Source: Lytechinus pictus (Eukaryota). Taken from it: a DNA stretch of 64,000 bases. Below are positions 26,731-37,198 of the stretch, piece after piece. The stretch covers positions 12,898,001 through 12,962,000 of the forward strand of contig NC_087245.1 in the NCBI RefSeq assembly GCF_037042905.1, in the 5' to 3' direction. Made by a program: the position numbers and the translations under genes. Position 1 is the first letter of the stretch. Each line of letters starts with the position of its first letter. The notes beneath the pieces were generated by a model. The model saw nothing but the letters and a program-made list of their open reading frames with translations, was not told where the DNA came from and made no database searches.

Positions 26731-26827
26731 ATACATACATATATTATAACATTTGAGATCAATTTATAAAAAATACTATTAAGTATCAAGAAAACAATAC
26801 AAACTACTCCTATAGCACTATCTTTAT
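26615..26827. repeat. Inverted repeat centred on a TA microsatellite
   Basis: ataaagatagtgctataggagtagtttgtattg pairs with caatacaaactactcctatagcactatctttat. Confidence 0.85.
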
Positions 26828-27019
26828 TTGTATATATTTGTATACTTTCTCCCATACGTGTACTGCATCAAAGCAATAGCTTTGATCCAGCTGATGCATG
26901 GCGGCTTGTCATTGTTCAAAACCCACCTTCACCCGACGAAGGATATTATAATTGGTATAGTGTCGAAAATCTGTCTATCTGACGGTCAATCGAATCGGGG
27001 TCGCCCTAGCCACTAACCA

Positions 27020-27090
27020 GTCTCTGTGGTCTAGTAGTAAAGCCCCGGCGTTCGAAGCTGGGGGCTCGGGTTCGATTCCCGGCAGAGACA
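27020..27090 (+). ncRNA. tRNA-like cloverleaf (anticodon-position TCG) followed by a T6 Pol III terminator; probably element-borne or pseudo-tRNA
   Basis: Acceptor GTCTCTG/CAGAGAC, anticodon stem CCGGC/GCTGG with loop GTTCGAA, T arm TCGGG-TTCGATT-CCCGG. The D-loop lacks GG and the D-stem pairs poorly. Confidence 0.6.
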
Positions 27091-27245
27091 TTTTTTCGGC
27101 ATCACCAATTTTTCCAAAGGGTAGATAGCTCTGGGGAACCTTGATTTAAGCTAGGCCTACCATTGTTCTCTTCATCCATTTCTTTCACAAATATTTAAAT
27201 AAAAGAGTTGCCAAAGCTGTTGTACATGTATAACTTCTCACATTT

Positions 27246-27264
27246 ATATAAATATATATATATA

Positions 27265-27301
<37 letters not shown>

Positions 27302-27383
27302 TTGATTCTACTCTACCCTTCAAACAATGATCAAAGCGAATGGTACATATATTCATGCCTCTCTCTTTATATATATATTAATA

Positions 27384-27452
<69 letters not shown>
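27246..27452. repeat. (TA)n microsatellite tracts
   Basis: Two long TA runs at about 27252-27299 and 27367-27452. Confidence 0.95.
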
Positions 27453-27457
<5 letters not shown>

Positions 27458-27509
27458 ATGTGATGAGCAAGGACCTAAACATTGCGTGGGTGCTTCAGTG
27501 AGTAATATA

Positions 27510-27615
27510 TTGGCGAAGAAGCTCAAAAAGCATTGAATCTAGAGACGTAGCCTGGATTTCTTCAACTTTTATTAGTACAAGCTTTCGGCCATTTAGTTGG
27601 GCTTTCTTCAGGTAT
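27510..27615 (-). mobile_element. Penelope-like pLTR copy with hammerhead motif at 27576-27614
   Basis: Reverse complement of 28385-28490; reads TAC CTGAAGA AAGCC...GGCC GAAA GCTT GTA, then AATAAA. Confidence 0.7.
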
Positions 27616-28384
27616 CTGAAGATGTAAAAGACATAATGGCTTTACAATTACCATGCATATATTTGGATTAATTTACTAAATATAGGCATATCTTAAAAGA
27701 AAATGTTTTACATCGGTAATGTTTAATTAGGATTATCCAATAGCTATTAAAATCAATTAAGTTTACGCACATTTTTATTACAAACATTTTTTTGAAAGTA
27801 TGTAGACATATTGTGTTATGTGTGCTGTATCATACATATATCCCAAAATGTATAATAATACATATATCTCAAAATAATATATATCTCAAAAGAAGTTGTA
27901 TTGCATTGGTCATGCTTAATTAAGATTATCCAAAAGCTATTAAAATAGATTAAGTTTGCGCAGATTTTTATTACAAATATTTTATGAAAGTATATAGACA
28001 TATTGTGGTGTGTATACTGTGTAATATATATTGAGTACATATTAAGGAAAGGTATTGATTCATATACATTCGCGTCTAAGCACGTGAACTTATGTATGTA
28101 AGTAGTCACACTCGCAGTCACATACACTCACACATACGCGCAGACACCCAAACAAATCCTACTCCTATATATCCTTGGTAGTGCTAGTAATTACACAAAG
28201 TATTATATAAGGTAGAGGTAACAATAATACATGTGGTTCTGCGGTAAATAAATGATGTATACAATAAAAATACATTATAAATATCTGATTATTACTTTCA
28301 AGTTTTACTGTAAGTGCTTAACCAGGTGGGTGATATGTGGGTTTGTGTGTGTATCAGTGAATGTGAAAGTGCATTGACCCTTGA

Positions 28385-28490
28385 ATACCTGAAGAAGGCC
28401 CAACTAAATGGCCGAAAGCTTGTACTAATAAAACTTGAAGAAATCCAGGCTACGTCTCTAGCTTCAATGCTTTTTGAGCTTCTTCGCCAA
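28385..28490 (+). mobile_element. Penelope-like pLTR copy ending in (TA)n
   Basis: Hammerhead core, then AATAAA, then a TA microsatellite; inverted relative to 27510-27615. Confidence 0.7.
28386..28424 (+). ncRNA. Minimal type I hammerhead ribozyme motif
   Basis: Stem I TAC/GTA, core CTGAAGA (28389-28395), stem II GGCC/GGCC with 9-nt loop, GAAA (28414-28417), palindromic AGCT helix III. Confidence 0.65.
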
Positions 28491-28859
28491 TATATATATA
28501 TATATATATATATGCAGCAATGGAGATACACACCTGAAAGTTGACATACATATATATAAGTTTACATACTTGAAATTTGACTAAAGCTTTAACTTAAACT
28601 CTTCACGCGGGGTGAAGATTTATTTTTTCTGTCCTTTGTGTTTACTATTTTCTTTTCTTATCACAACACTTTTATTATAACAATGATTATTCCCGAAATT
28701 CTTTTTTTTTTATTGTTCTCGTTCCAACTTCGTTAGGTAGAATTTCAGTTACTTAAGCAAAAAAAAACAACAAATGAAACAACGCAAAAACATTATAGAG
28801 ATGCATTTTCGTTAAAAGTAATTGGTAGATTGTTTTCCTTTTTCTATTCTTTGATGTAG

Positions 28860-28938
28860 ATGCCGGCTCCAAGACGCGTTCGACCAGCAAAGGAGTATGA
28901 TGTTTTTTGCATGAGGTGTATTGATGACACAACTGGAG
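28860..28938 (+). CDS. Coding exon 1 of a 97-aa tandem C3H zinc-finger protein
   Basis: Pyrimidine tract plus gtag|ATG; MPAPRRVRPAKEYDVFCMRCIDDTTG; G|gtttgt donor (phase 1); the only open frame. Confidence 0.75.
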
Positions 28939-29912
28939 GTTTGTTTGTTATTATTTACAATATTAAATAAAACACATGAAAATCGATAAAATATTTATAT
29001 TGGAGGATAGCCCATTCCAGTGATATTTTCAAAATGTCACTGTTCTTCCACGGGGTACCAATCAATAGAAAATAAGTTAAAGATGTAATATTGAAAATTG
29101 AAACAAAATATAAAACGCAAAACAATCAACCTAGCAAACTCGGGACAAAATAATGTGTAATATAACAAATAATCAAGATTCATAAAGATAACTTCTAATG
29201 ATTAATTATAATGGAATGTATCGTTACAGAATGATTGATAGCATACAATGAAGTCCCCTTATATAGAAATGTCCTAAACTATTCGTTTTTGGTTTTGGAA
29301 GACTGGTTAGTGTAGAAGTACGAAGAGAATAATAATAAGATTTAACAGGTATTGATATTTTATATAATCCGGGGCAAGATAATGCAGAACTTTGAACAAC
29401 ATTATGATATGCTCACGCTGACGAACCCTAATATATTTTCCCCCAAGCCTTCCACGTGGAGAACAGTAATCGTTCCGGTATGTAGTATGTCACTTGTCTA
29501 GGCCAGGGCAAACAAATTCTTAATATACTGACGAGAAAAGGGACCTGATCCTGAACCTGATATGGACTGCATTAATAGGATACATATCTCATCAATCGAA
29601 TAGTGCGAGCGCTAGCTGGAAAATTGTGATATTCCAACCGAGAAAACTGGACATTTCTAAGCATTTTGAAAAAAGGGCAATTTTCCTACGTGGAATTCTG
29701 GGGGCAACAAGTGTCCCCCTGTCCCCCCACCCCCGGTTCCTCCGCCCCTGTACCCTTCTGATCAAAATACAGGTTTAATACGTCCCAAGTTGCTCTTGTA
29801 GTTCACCAAGTCAATACTTGGAAAACCTTTCAGAAGAAAAGTAAAAAAAGAACTCTGAGTGTGCCAAACCTCATCTTTACTTATCTGTTATTGTCTTGAT
29901 CTTTCCGTATAG

Positions 29913-29988
29913 GGTCGAGATGCAAACGTATGACCAAACATCTAAGCGGGCTCTGTCCAACCCACATGCGAAAGTATGATAACGCAGA
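29913..29988 (+). CDS. Coding exon 2 of the zinc-finger protein
   Basis: ctttccgtatag acceptor; (G)SRCKRMTKHLSGLCPTHMRKYDNA; GA|gtaagt donor; phase 1-2. Confidence 0.8.
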
Positions 29989-31010
29989 GTAAGTATCCAC
30001 CCTCATTTTCCTTCAATTTGACATGCATGATCTACTTTTGAATATAAACCCTCAAGCAGATATGACTGAGGATATGGATTTAACAGGATATTAGGGGAGC
30101 CAGAACAATGGAAAAGTGATATTCGAATATCGATTAATCGCGATTAGGAAATCTATTTCATTTTGCATTTGGGCAGAATAATCTCACTTTTAAACGAGAT
30201 TCTAATCACGATTCGACTTCTAGTAAAAACCAGGTTTTTTTTCTTCAGAATATCGCAATTACTATACCGAGCGTTTTGTTTGTGAACAAAAAAAATAGAA
30301 AATCGATTGTATCTGTCCCATATCACTCTTTACGCGTGTGCGCTCAAAACGGTAATATACAATGCAGTTCATGGATAATAATGCGCTGCATGTTATTTTG
30401 GAGACGTTGATCCCGATTAGAAAACAAATGTTTACTCTGGTGATAATTTGCGATTTAACTTACCACCATGTTTTCATAGAACTCGATCTGGTAAATTGGA
30501 ATCAGCTCATTTTTTTAATGAAATCATGAAATCTTAGTAACACAAAAGGCATACAAACATTGCTTGGAAAAATACCCTACATTTTCCGTGCTTCGCTAAT
30601 TTCTCAGCAATTGCACTTTTATTTTTCAGAGCCGTTTGGCTCATTTTTTTTTAAATTTATGCATAAAAACACCTGGGTTGTTATTTCTTATTTGATTCTG
30701 TTCGAACTCATTTTTATATCGTTACCAGAAGTCTGCGGCCCGTGGGGGGGGGGGGGGGGTCAGTCAGATGTATTGCTGTACACATGCGTGACCAAATTAT
30801 TTCCAAACACCCCCTACTATATAGTCATGATAGTAAACGAGTTGTTCTCTGTGTGCAAAATAACCAACTAAACAAATTTTCGCGGGCGTTATTTACACAT
30901 TTTGGCCCCTAAACAAGTCGTCGCCAGAATATGACTCCGGGAAAAAGCTTCGGGAAAAATTATACCTTAAACACAATTGGCGATAGACCCTAGATCTATA
31001 GTCTTGAAAG

Positions 31011-31529
31011 CCCGGGGGGGGGGGCACTCAGTATATAATGCATAGTGGGTATGTGCCGCGGAGGGGACTCCCATTTTTACACTCAAATTTCCGTTCCAAG
31101 GCATAGCATTTTTGTCTTATTGAGAAAAAGAACAAAGAATGCCGCTCCAAAGCATAGCATTTTCTTCTTATCGAGAAAAAAGAAGAAAGAAATCCGCTCC
31201 AAAGCTTCGCATATTTTCCGTTACGCCGTTCCGGCCGTATTGATCTGCTACAATGAGCCGCAATTTTGGTGAAAAGCGGCCGCAGAGCCGCTGTCCGACC
31301 ATCGCATCTGCGCTAGCGCACCCGGCGCCCGTGCCGCCGGGCTAGCTGCATGCACGTATGCCCGTTCCATAGGGATGAATACGCAATCACACGCAGGCGA
31401 CCCGTTCCAAGGACCCCCGTTTTCACAAACATTTGTCGTTCCGACGCCCGTTCCGAGGACCCTCCTTTTTACAATAAGCCCGCGGCACATACCCACTACT
31501 TTTTTGGTTGAGTGCCCCCCTCCCCCGGG
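31011..31529. mobile_element. CCCGGG-terminated MITE, 8-bp TSD CTTGAAAG
   Basis: TSD at 31003-31010 and 31530-31537. Copies at 35504-36017 and about 59640-60152. Confidence 0.85.
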
Positions 31530-31914
31530 CTTGAAAGAAAAACTTTGGTAAAAAAATGTCAGCACGCGCTTCGCGCTCGCATTGTTTGTTTAGCGAGACA
31601 GTTACGTATCATGATTACAAAAATTTGCTTATAATGTCCCTTTTTTAGGTCTGAATATCAAAAGTGATCAGCGCGCGCTTCTTGCTCGCATTATTTGATC
31701 AGTGACATACATATATCCGTTTAATGCACTGATCTGTCCACTAGTGAAGAGATCAGTGGTTTAATGGCACTGTCCTTAAGATGTCTCTATTAGGTCAGTA
31801 TACTTAGCAACCGCGTGCGCTCACTAAATTACTCAATAATTTTGCTGGTGCCCCCCCCCCCCATGCCGTGACCCAAGGTTAGTCACTGGTCTCGATAATC
31901 TTATGAATCGTAGA

Positions 31915-32694
31915 ATTAATCATAGAATTATGTTAAGGAAACTGAAAAAGTTCAATTTACCTTTGAAGGATTTAGTGACAATATATATGGGTTATATACG
32001 ACCAATTTTAGAATATTGTGCTCCAGTTTTCCGGAGCAGTCTTACAGCAAAAAGAAACAATACTATCGAAAGAATACAACGGAGAGTATGTAAAATTATC
32101 TTAGGATATAATCACATCACATACACAAATGCATTTACCAACACTTGAGGAGAGAAAACTGACACTGTGTAAACAATTTGCAAAATCACTTTCAACTCAT
32201 CCTTTGTGTAAGGCATGGCTACCTCGAAAAAAACAAACAAAAATAATTCGTCGTACAAAACAACTATCAACAATTTCCAATAAGAACAACAAGATTTAAA
32301 AACAGTCCATTGCCTATTTTGGTTGACATACACAACGAAAGATAAGTGTGTAGACTAGGAAAGGCAATGCAAAATGGTCATCCCCACCCCACCATACAAT
32401 TATTTTCGTCATTTAAAGAAGTGTCAGTCTCCTCTCCTTCAAGTCTGCCACTATCATATTACATTCATTCATTGCCTTTTATGCTTTATGTAAATTGTAT
32501 TAACTTTGAAATGTATAGCCTTTTTAATGCATTTTACTATATGGTTTTTAGTTTTTACTATGTATTTAATAATGTGCCAACACCAACTTGTAAACATGAT
32601 TTTTCCAGCTCTTGCTGTTTTTTCATGTATGATTGTTAACATGTTTGATTATCAATAAAGACCATTTTTTAATTGAAATGAATTGAATTGAATA
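31915..32694 (+). mobile_element. 5'-truncated CR1/L2-group LINE (end of ORF2, 3' UTR, tail)
   Basis: MLRKLKKFNLPLKDLVTIYMGYIRPILEYCAPVF...IERIQRRVCKIILG is the typical post-RT segment. It ends in AATAAA and (AATTG)n. Confidence 0.85.
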
Positions 32695-32851
32695 GAGAAA
32701 ATGTTTGAATAGCTGAAAAAATTTCGCGATCAGTTACGAAGGGCCAATCATAGCTTTCGTAGAGGATCACACGACAGTGGGAAAGACGAGACATTAAAGA
32801 TATTCTCCCATATTAATTCCTTATTATTATTTCCTTTCTCTTAATTTGTAG

Positions 32852-32985
32852 GATTAGACGCCTCGTTAGGATAAGGACGAATCCTACCCCCCATCCACGT
32901 CAGGGCCAAAGGTGCTCCGAAAATACAAAAAGGGGCACACGTTGCTCGAGAACAGCTACTGAAGCCGATCTATGTACACAACATT
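32852..32985 (+). CDS. Coding exon 3 of the zinc-finger protein
   Basis: ttcctttctcttaatttgtag acceptor; (E)IRRLVRIRTNPTPHPRQGQRCSENTKRGTRCSRTATEADLCTQH; T|gtgagt donor; phase 2-1. Confidence 0.8.
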
Positions 32986-33295
32986 GTGAGTATAAAGCCT
33001 TTTACATTATTTCTATTAACAGAATTAATCAGGAAGAGGAATAAGTAGAAGACGGAAAAGAGAAATTTAAAAAAGGAGAAAGTAAAAAGAAGGACCATGC
33101 AACTCCCTACAACATTATAAACCCCATGCAGCATTCATTCACATTATTTTCTTGCAACAGGAATATAATGTACAATGATAGGGTGATCAAAACAGAAAAA
33201 AAATATTTACCTTCAATAATTATGATGATAATAATGAAAATAATAATGATAAAATTAATAAGGATAAAAGTAACAATGAAAATAACGATAATAAT

Positions 33296-33406
33296 CAGTA
33301 GCGGACCGTGACCCGGAGGAGACAAAGCATTGGAAAGCACTGCATTGTTTGTGAACAATGCTGTGCCCCCAATGCTTTGTCTCCTCCGGGTCACGGTCCG
33401 CCACTG
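33296..33406. mobile_element. Second copy of the 117-bp hAT-type MITE
   Basis: Same TIRs as 22172-22288; flanks ATAATAAT / CTAATAAT. Confidence 0.85.
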
Positions 33407-33836
33407 CTAATAATAAAAATAGTTTATATAAATTTACAGGCGCTACAAAAGTACTATTACACGTACAAAGTATGGACATAATAGTCCCTGTACATTAAAC
33501 AGAATCATTAGCTGTGTATATACGCACTCAAAAGTGGAATTAGAAAGAAAATTAAAGGGAAAATTTACCTTTCAAAAATATTTTCTTTTCAGTAATATTT
33601 TGTCACCTAGTCTACACCATGTCTGCCCCGGCCCCCTCCCCCATAAATTTTTGACTCGTTACTCCAGGGCGTGAATTCCTTGGTTCATATTGACACTCGG
33701 TACAGGCATGGAGGTAAAAAAATGATTACCATCTCACTCGTTTCCTGTTTAAGCCCCTTTGGTGCAGCATGCAGGATAACATAAGTTATGTCTAGGCATA
33801 TGTTTCATCCCGGGTTTCATTTGATATTTCTTGCAG

Positions 33837-33841
33837 ATTGA
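33837..33841 (+). CDS. Candidate last coding bases (Tyr-stop) of the zinc-finger gene; 3' UTR follows
   Basis: ttgatatttcttgcag|AT TGA completes T+AT then stop. Confidence 0.55.
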
Positions 33842-33946
33842 AGACAAAAGATTCCTACCTAACTACAGGAAATATACTTTTGTAATGATAATTTTCTCTG
33901 TCTCTGGTCGGTATTATGATATATTTTTTCAAACAGAAGAAAGCAG

Positions 33947-33952
33947 AATAAA
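33947..33952 (+). terminator. Candidate polyadenylation signal
   Basis: AATAAA about 105 nt after the stop, followed by a T/GT-rich tract. Confidence 0.45.
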
Positions 33953-35503
33953 ATGTTATGCTTGTTTGATTTTTCTCTATTGATTCAAATCAACATTTTT
34001 CTGGAGTGGACTTGACCCTTCACAAAAATTGCAATGATGCATGGAATCATTTTACGCGCGGAGAATTCATGATTTTAAACTGAATTTTATATTGTGTTTG
34101 ATTAGTTTGCTGATTTCTGTGAAAAATTACGATCTATTGTTTGCACTTATGGAATTGGGGGGGGGGGGGGGCAAACGATATGCTTGCCACCCCAATATTT
34201 TCATTGGTGGGGCGATTGCCCCCTTGCCCCCCCCCCCCCCCCCGGATCGACGCCTCTGCATATAAGAAAAGAAAAAAAAAAGATTTCATGTAATAACATA
34301 AGAAAAGGGAAAGTGGGGATGTGCATGTGCATGACATCATCAGCCAAGCTACTGAATATTCTTGATGACGTGCATAATTAAAACATGTATAACACTAGCA
34401 TAGCTTTTGTAAGTTTTTCTTTAATGGATTCATCGTTTACTTTTTTTAGTCAGCCAACCTGTGCGCTTTGAAACACCCGTATAGAGCGCCCTATAAATGT
34501 CAGCATTGTTATTATTATGACTATTTTACTATTTTCACAAAATATTTCTTAACTTTAAATTCAAAACCTTCGTTATTTGTTATCCGATTTAGGTGAAATT
34601 TTCAGCATTTTGCTCTGTGAATTTTACTCATTATGAAAAATACGAGACATTTGGCTTCCTCGTGCTCTTACGCACGGGCGTCCGTCGATATAACACATGG
34701 TATTTCTATGAAAATATGCACCCTTTTTCTTAACGTTGATGGAGAGGGGGGGGGGGGGAATAATCGTATCAAGTCGGGGAGTTCAGTAATGAGGACAGGA
34801 GAAACTATATTTCACTGATTTTCATGATTCATCCCATTTGATAAACTCATCTAGTCGTGTTTTGGGGATGATCTTTCCCTTACGCATTGCTTTTTGGCAG
34901 AAGTTCTATGGAAAGTGTACCTTTTTCACAGAAACTTTGAGACACTCTGTATTCGTTTCCCCATTGCTCGAGAATGAATGGGCAGTTGATGACGGGGTGA
35001 AAGATATATTCCGGGGATTTATTGAAGAACGGAATGTATATTTCACAAAATTGAAAGCCATTTCCCCATTGGATGTTATCTTCAATACGTGTTTTTTTAG
35101 ATAAAGTTAGTTGTCGAATCGGCTCTCCTGGCATTTGAGGTCTCTATCGGTGACGTCACTCAGGATCATCATGCCTGAACCATGGGCTAGGCAGGGGTCG
35201 CAATGGTAGTATAATTCACACATAATGCACTGGATATAGATTATAATCTTGTCCTCTCGTTCAAATGAATGTGAAACTCATATAATTTTCATCAGAACAT
35301 TCAACATGAGTACTGTAGTTGTTTGTTATAACTTTATTTAAATAAATGAAAGTCCCTCCAGTGAGTTTGATCACCCCTATCGTAAAAATGTTTCACTCCC
35401 CAAGTTGTAACACAGTCGACTGTCCGTATGTGCGTTCAAGAGTTGTACACGATTTTCTGTCTCATTTAGGCAGACATCTTTCATAATGTATTTATGTAGT
35501 ACC

Positions 35504-36017
35504 CCCCGGGGGGGGGGGGCTACTCAATATATCATGCATAGTGGGTATGTGCCGCGGAGGGGACCCCCATTTTTACACTCAAATTTCCGTTCCAAGGCAT
35601 AGCATTTTTGTCTTATTGAGAAAAAGAACAAAGAAAGCCGCTCAAAAGCATAGCATTTTCTTCTTATCGAGAAAAAAAAAAGAATTAAGAAAGAAATCCG
35701 CTCCAAAGCTTCGCATATTTTTCGTTACGCCGTTCCGGTCGCATTGATCTGCTCATCTGCTACAATGAGCTGCAATTTTGGTGAAAAGCGGCCACAGAGC
35801 ACTGTCCGACCATCGCCTCTGCGCGAGATAGGGATGCATACGCAGCACACGCTGGCGATCCGTTCCAAGGACCCCCGTTTTCACAAACATTGTAGTTCCG
35901 AAGCCCGTTCCGAGGACCCTCCTTTTTACAATAAGCCCGCTCCAAGGCCCCCGTTTTCAGTGTCTCGCCCGCGGCACACCCCCACCACTTTTTTGGTCGA
36001 GTGCCCCCCCCCCCGGG
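35504..36017. mobile_element. CCCGGG-terminated MITE (31011 family)
   Basis: Colinear with 31011-31529; flanks GTAGTACC / GTAGTATC. Confidence 0.85.
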
Positions 36018-36040
36018 GTAGTATCCCTTTAGATAGTTCC

Positions 36041-36900
36041 ACACTGTTAAAAAAAACCCTGATTTTACAGAAAAAAACATAAGATTTTGCAGAAAGCAAT
36101 AACAGAATCATTCTGTAAATTCATAAAACAGGATTTTTTCTGCAATATAAAGGTCATGTCCACCCAAGAAAATAGTTGATTTAAATAAATAGAAAAAATT
36201 AAACATGAATAACGCTGAAAACTTCATCAAAATCGGATGTAAAATATGAAAGTTATGACATTTTAAAGTTTCGCTTATTTTTCACAAAACAGTTCTATGC
36301 TCAATTCAGTGATATGCAAATGAGAGAGTCGATGATGTCACTCACTCACTATTTCTTTTGTTTTTTATTGTTTGAATTATACAATATTTCAATTTTTACG
36401 AATTTGACAATTAGGACCCCCTTGCTTGAACCACACAACGTTAAAATAATGGAATTCCATGTGTTCAGGGAGGAATGACACTTTGTTTCACATGACAATG
36501 ACGAGAAAATCAAAATATTTCATATAATAAAATACAAAAGAAATAGTGAGTGAGTGATGTCATCCGGTCCCTCATTTGCATACCGAACAGGATGTGCATA
36601 TAACTGTTTTGTGAAATTAAGCAAAACTTTAAAATGTCATAACTTTCTTATTTTACATTCGATTTTGATGAAATTTTCAGTGTAATAGTTATGCTTGTTT
36701 GATTTTTTTTCTTTCTATTCAAATCAGATTTATGTTGGGGTGGACTTGTCCTTTAACAGAACAGGTCTGTCAAGGGGAAATTTGTAAGATTCCATACACC
36801 AAATACCAATTACCTGTAAGATTACGCAATCTTGTAAGATTACAGGTGTTCTCAAGACTCTGCTGCAGGAACTTCTTTTATTTTAAGGATAAATTTTCTA
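36041..36900. mobile_element. Copy of the 2204-2489 MITE interrupted by a Kolobok-like element
   Basis: Reverse-complement match to 2204-2489 on both sides of 36151-36752. Confidence 0.8.
36151..36752. mobile_element. Kolobok-like element in a TTAA site
   Basis: ATAA|AGGTCATGTCCACCC ... GGGTGGACTTGTCCT|TTAA; the empty site TTAA is at 2379-2382. Confidence 0.85.
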
Positions 36901-37198
36901 ATATGCTCAAACCAGCCTACAGCCCTGAAATCACGATTTAAACTATATCTTAAAAGAGTTTGATATGGTCAATTAAATCGCGCATTTTTGGTAAAGCTTC
37001 TTGAAATTATATTCTGCTATTAGATTAGTGAAAAAGTGGTAGATTCTATTGTTAGGAAAGTAAAAAAAAAGCGGAAGGTGGTGAAAATGCGTGAAAAGCG
37101 GTAGTTCGCAAATATATGTAAATCATAAGTAGTGAGATTTTGTCGATCATTCAAAAGCAAAGTATAGATTTTTCCCCCTTGTAAATTATACTAGTAGC

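Noticed and set aside
27020..27090. Canonical tRNA-Arg(TCG) gene
   Set aside because: Lacks the invariant D-loop GG, has a purine at position 32 and a weak D-stem; kept only as tRNA-like.
31903..32148. Host protein-coding gene
   Set aside because: It is a broken LINE ORF2 C-terminal fragment inside an intron of the zinc-finger gene.
34838..35134. Overlapping 84-88-aa ORFs in unique-looking sequence
   Set aside because: No recognisable motif in any frame and no convincing splice-site pair. An exon cannot be fully excluded.
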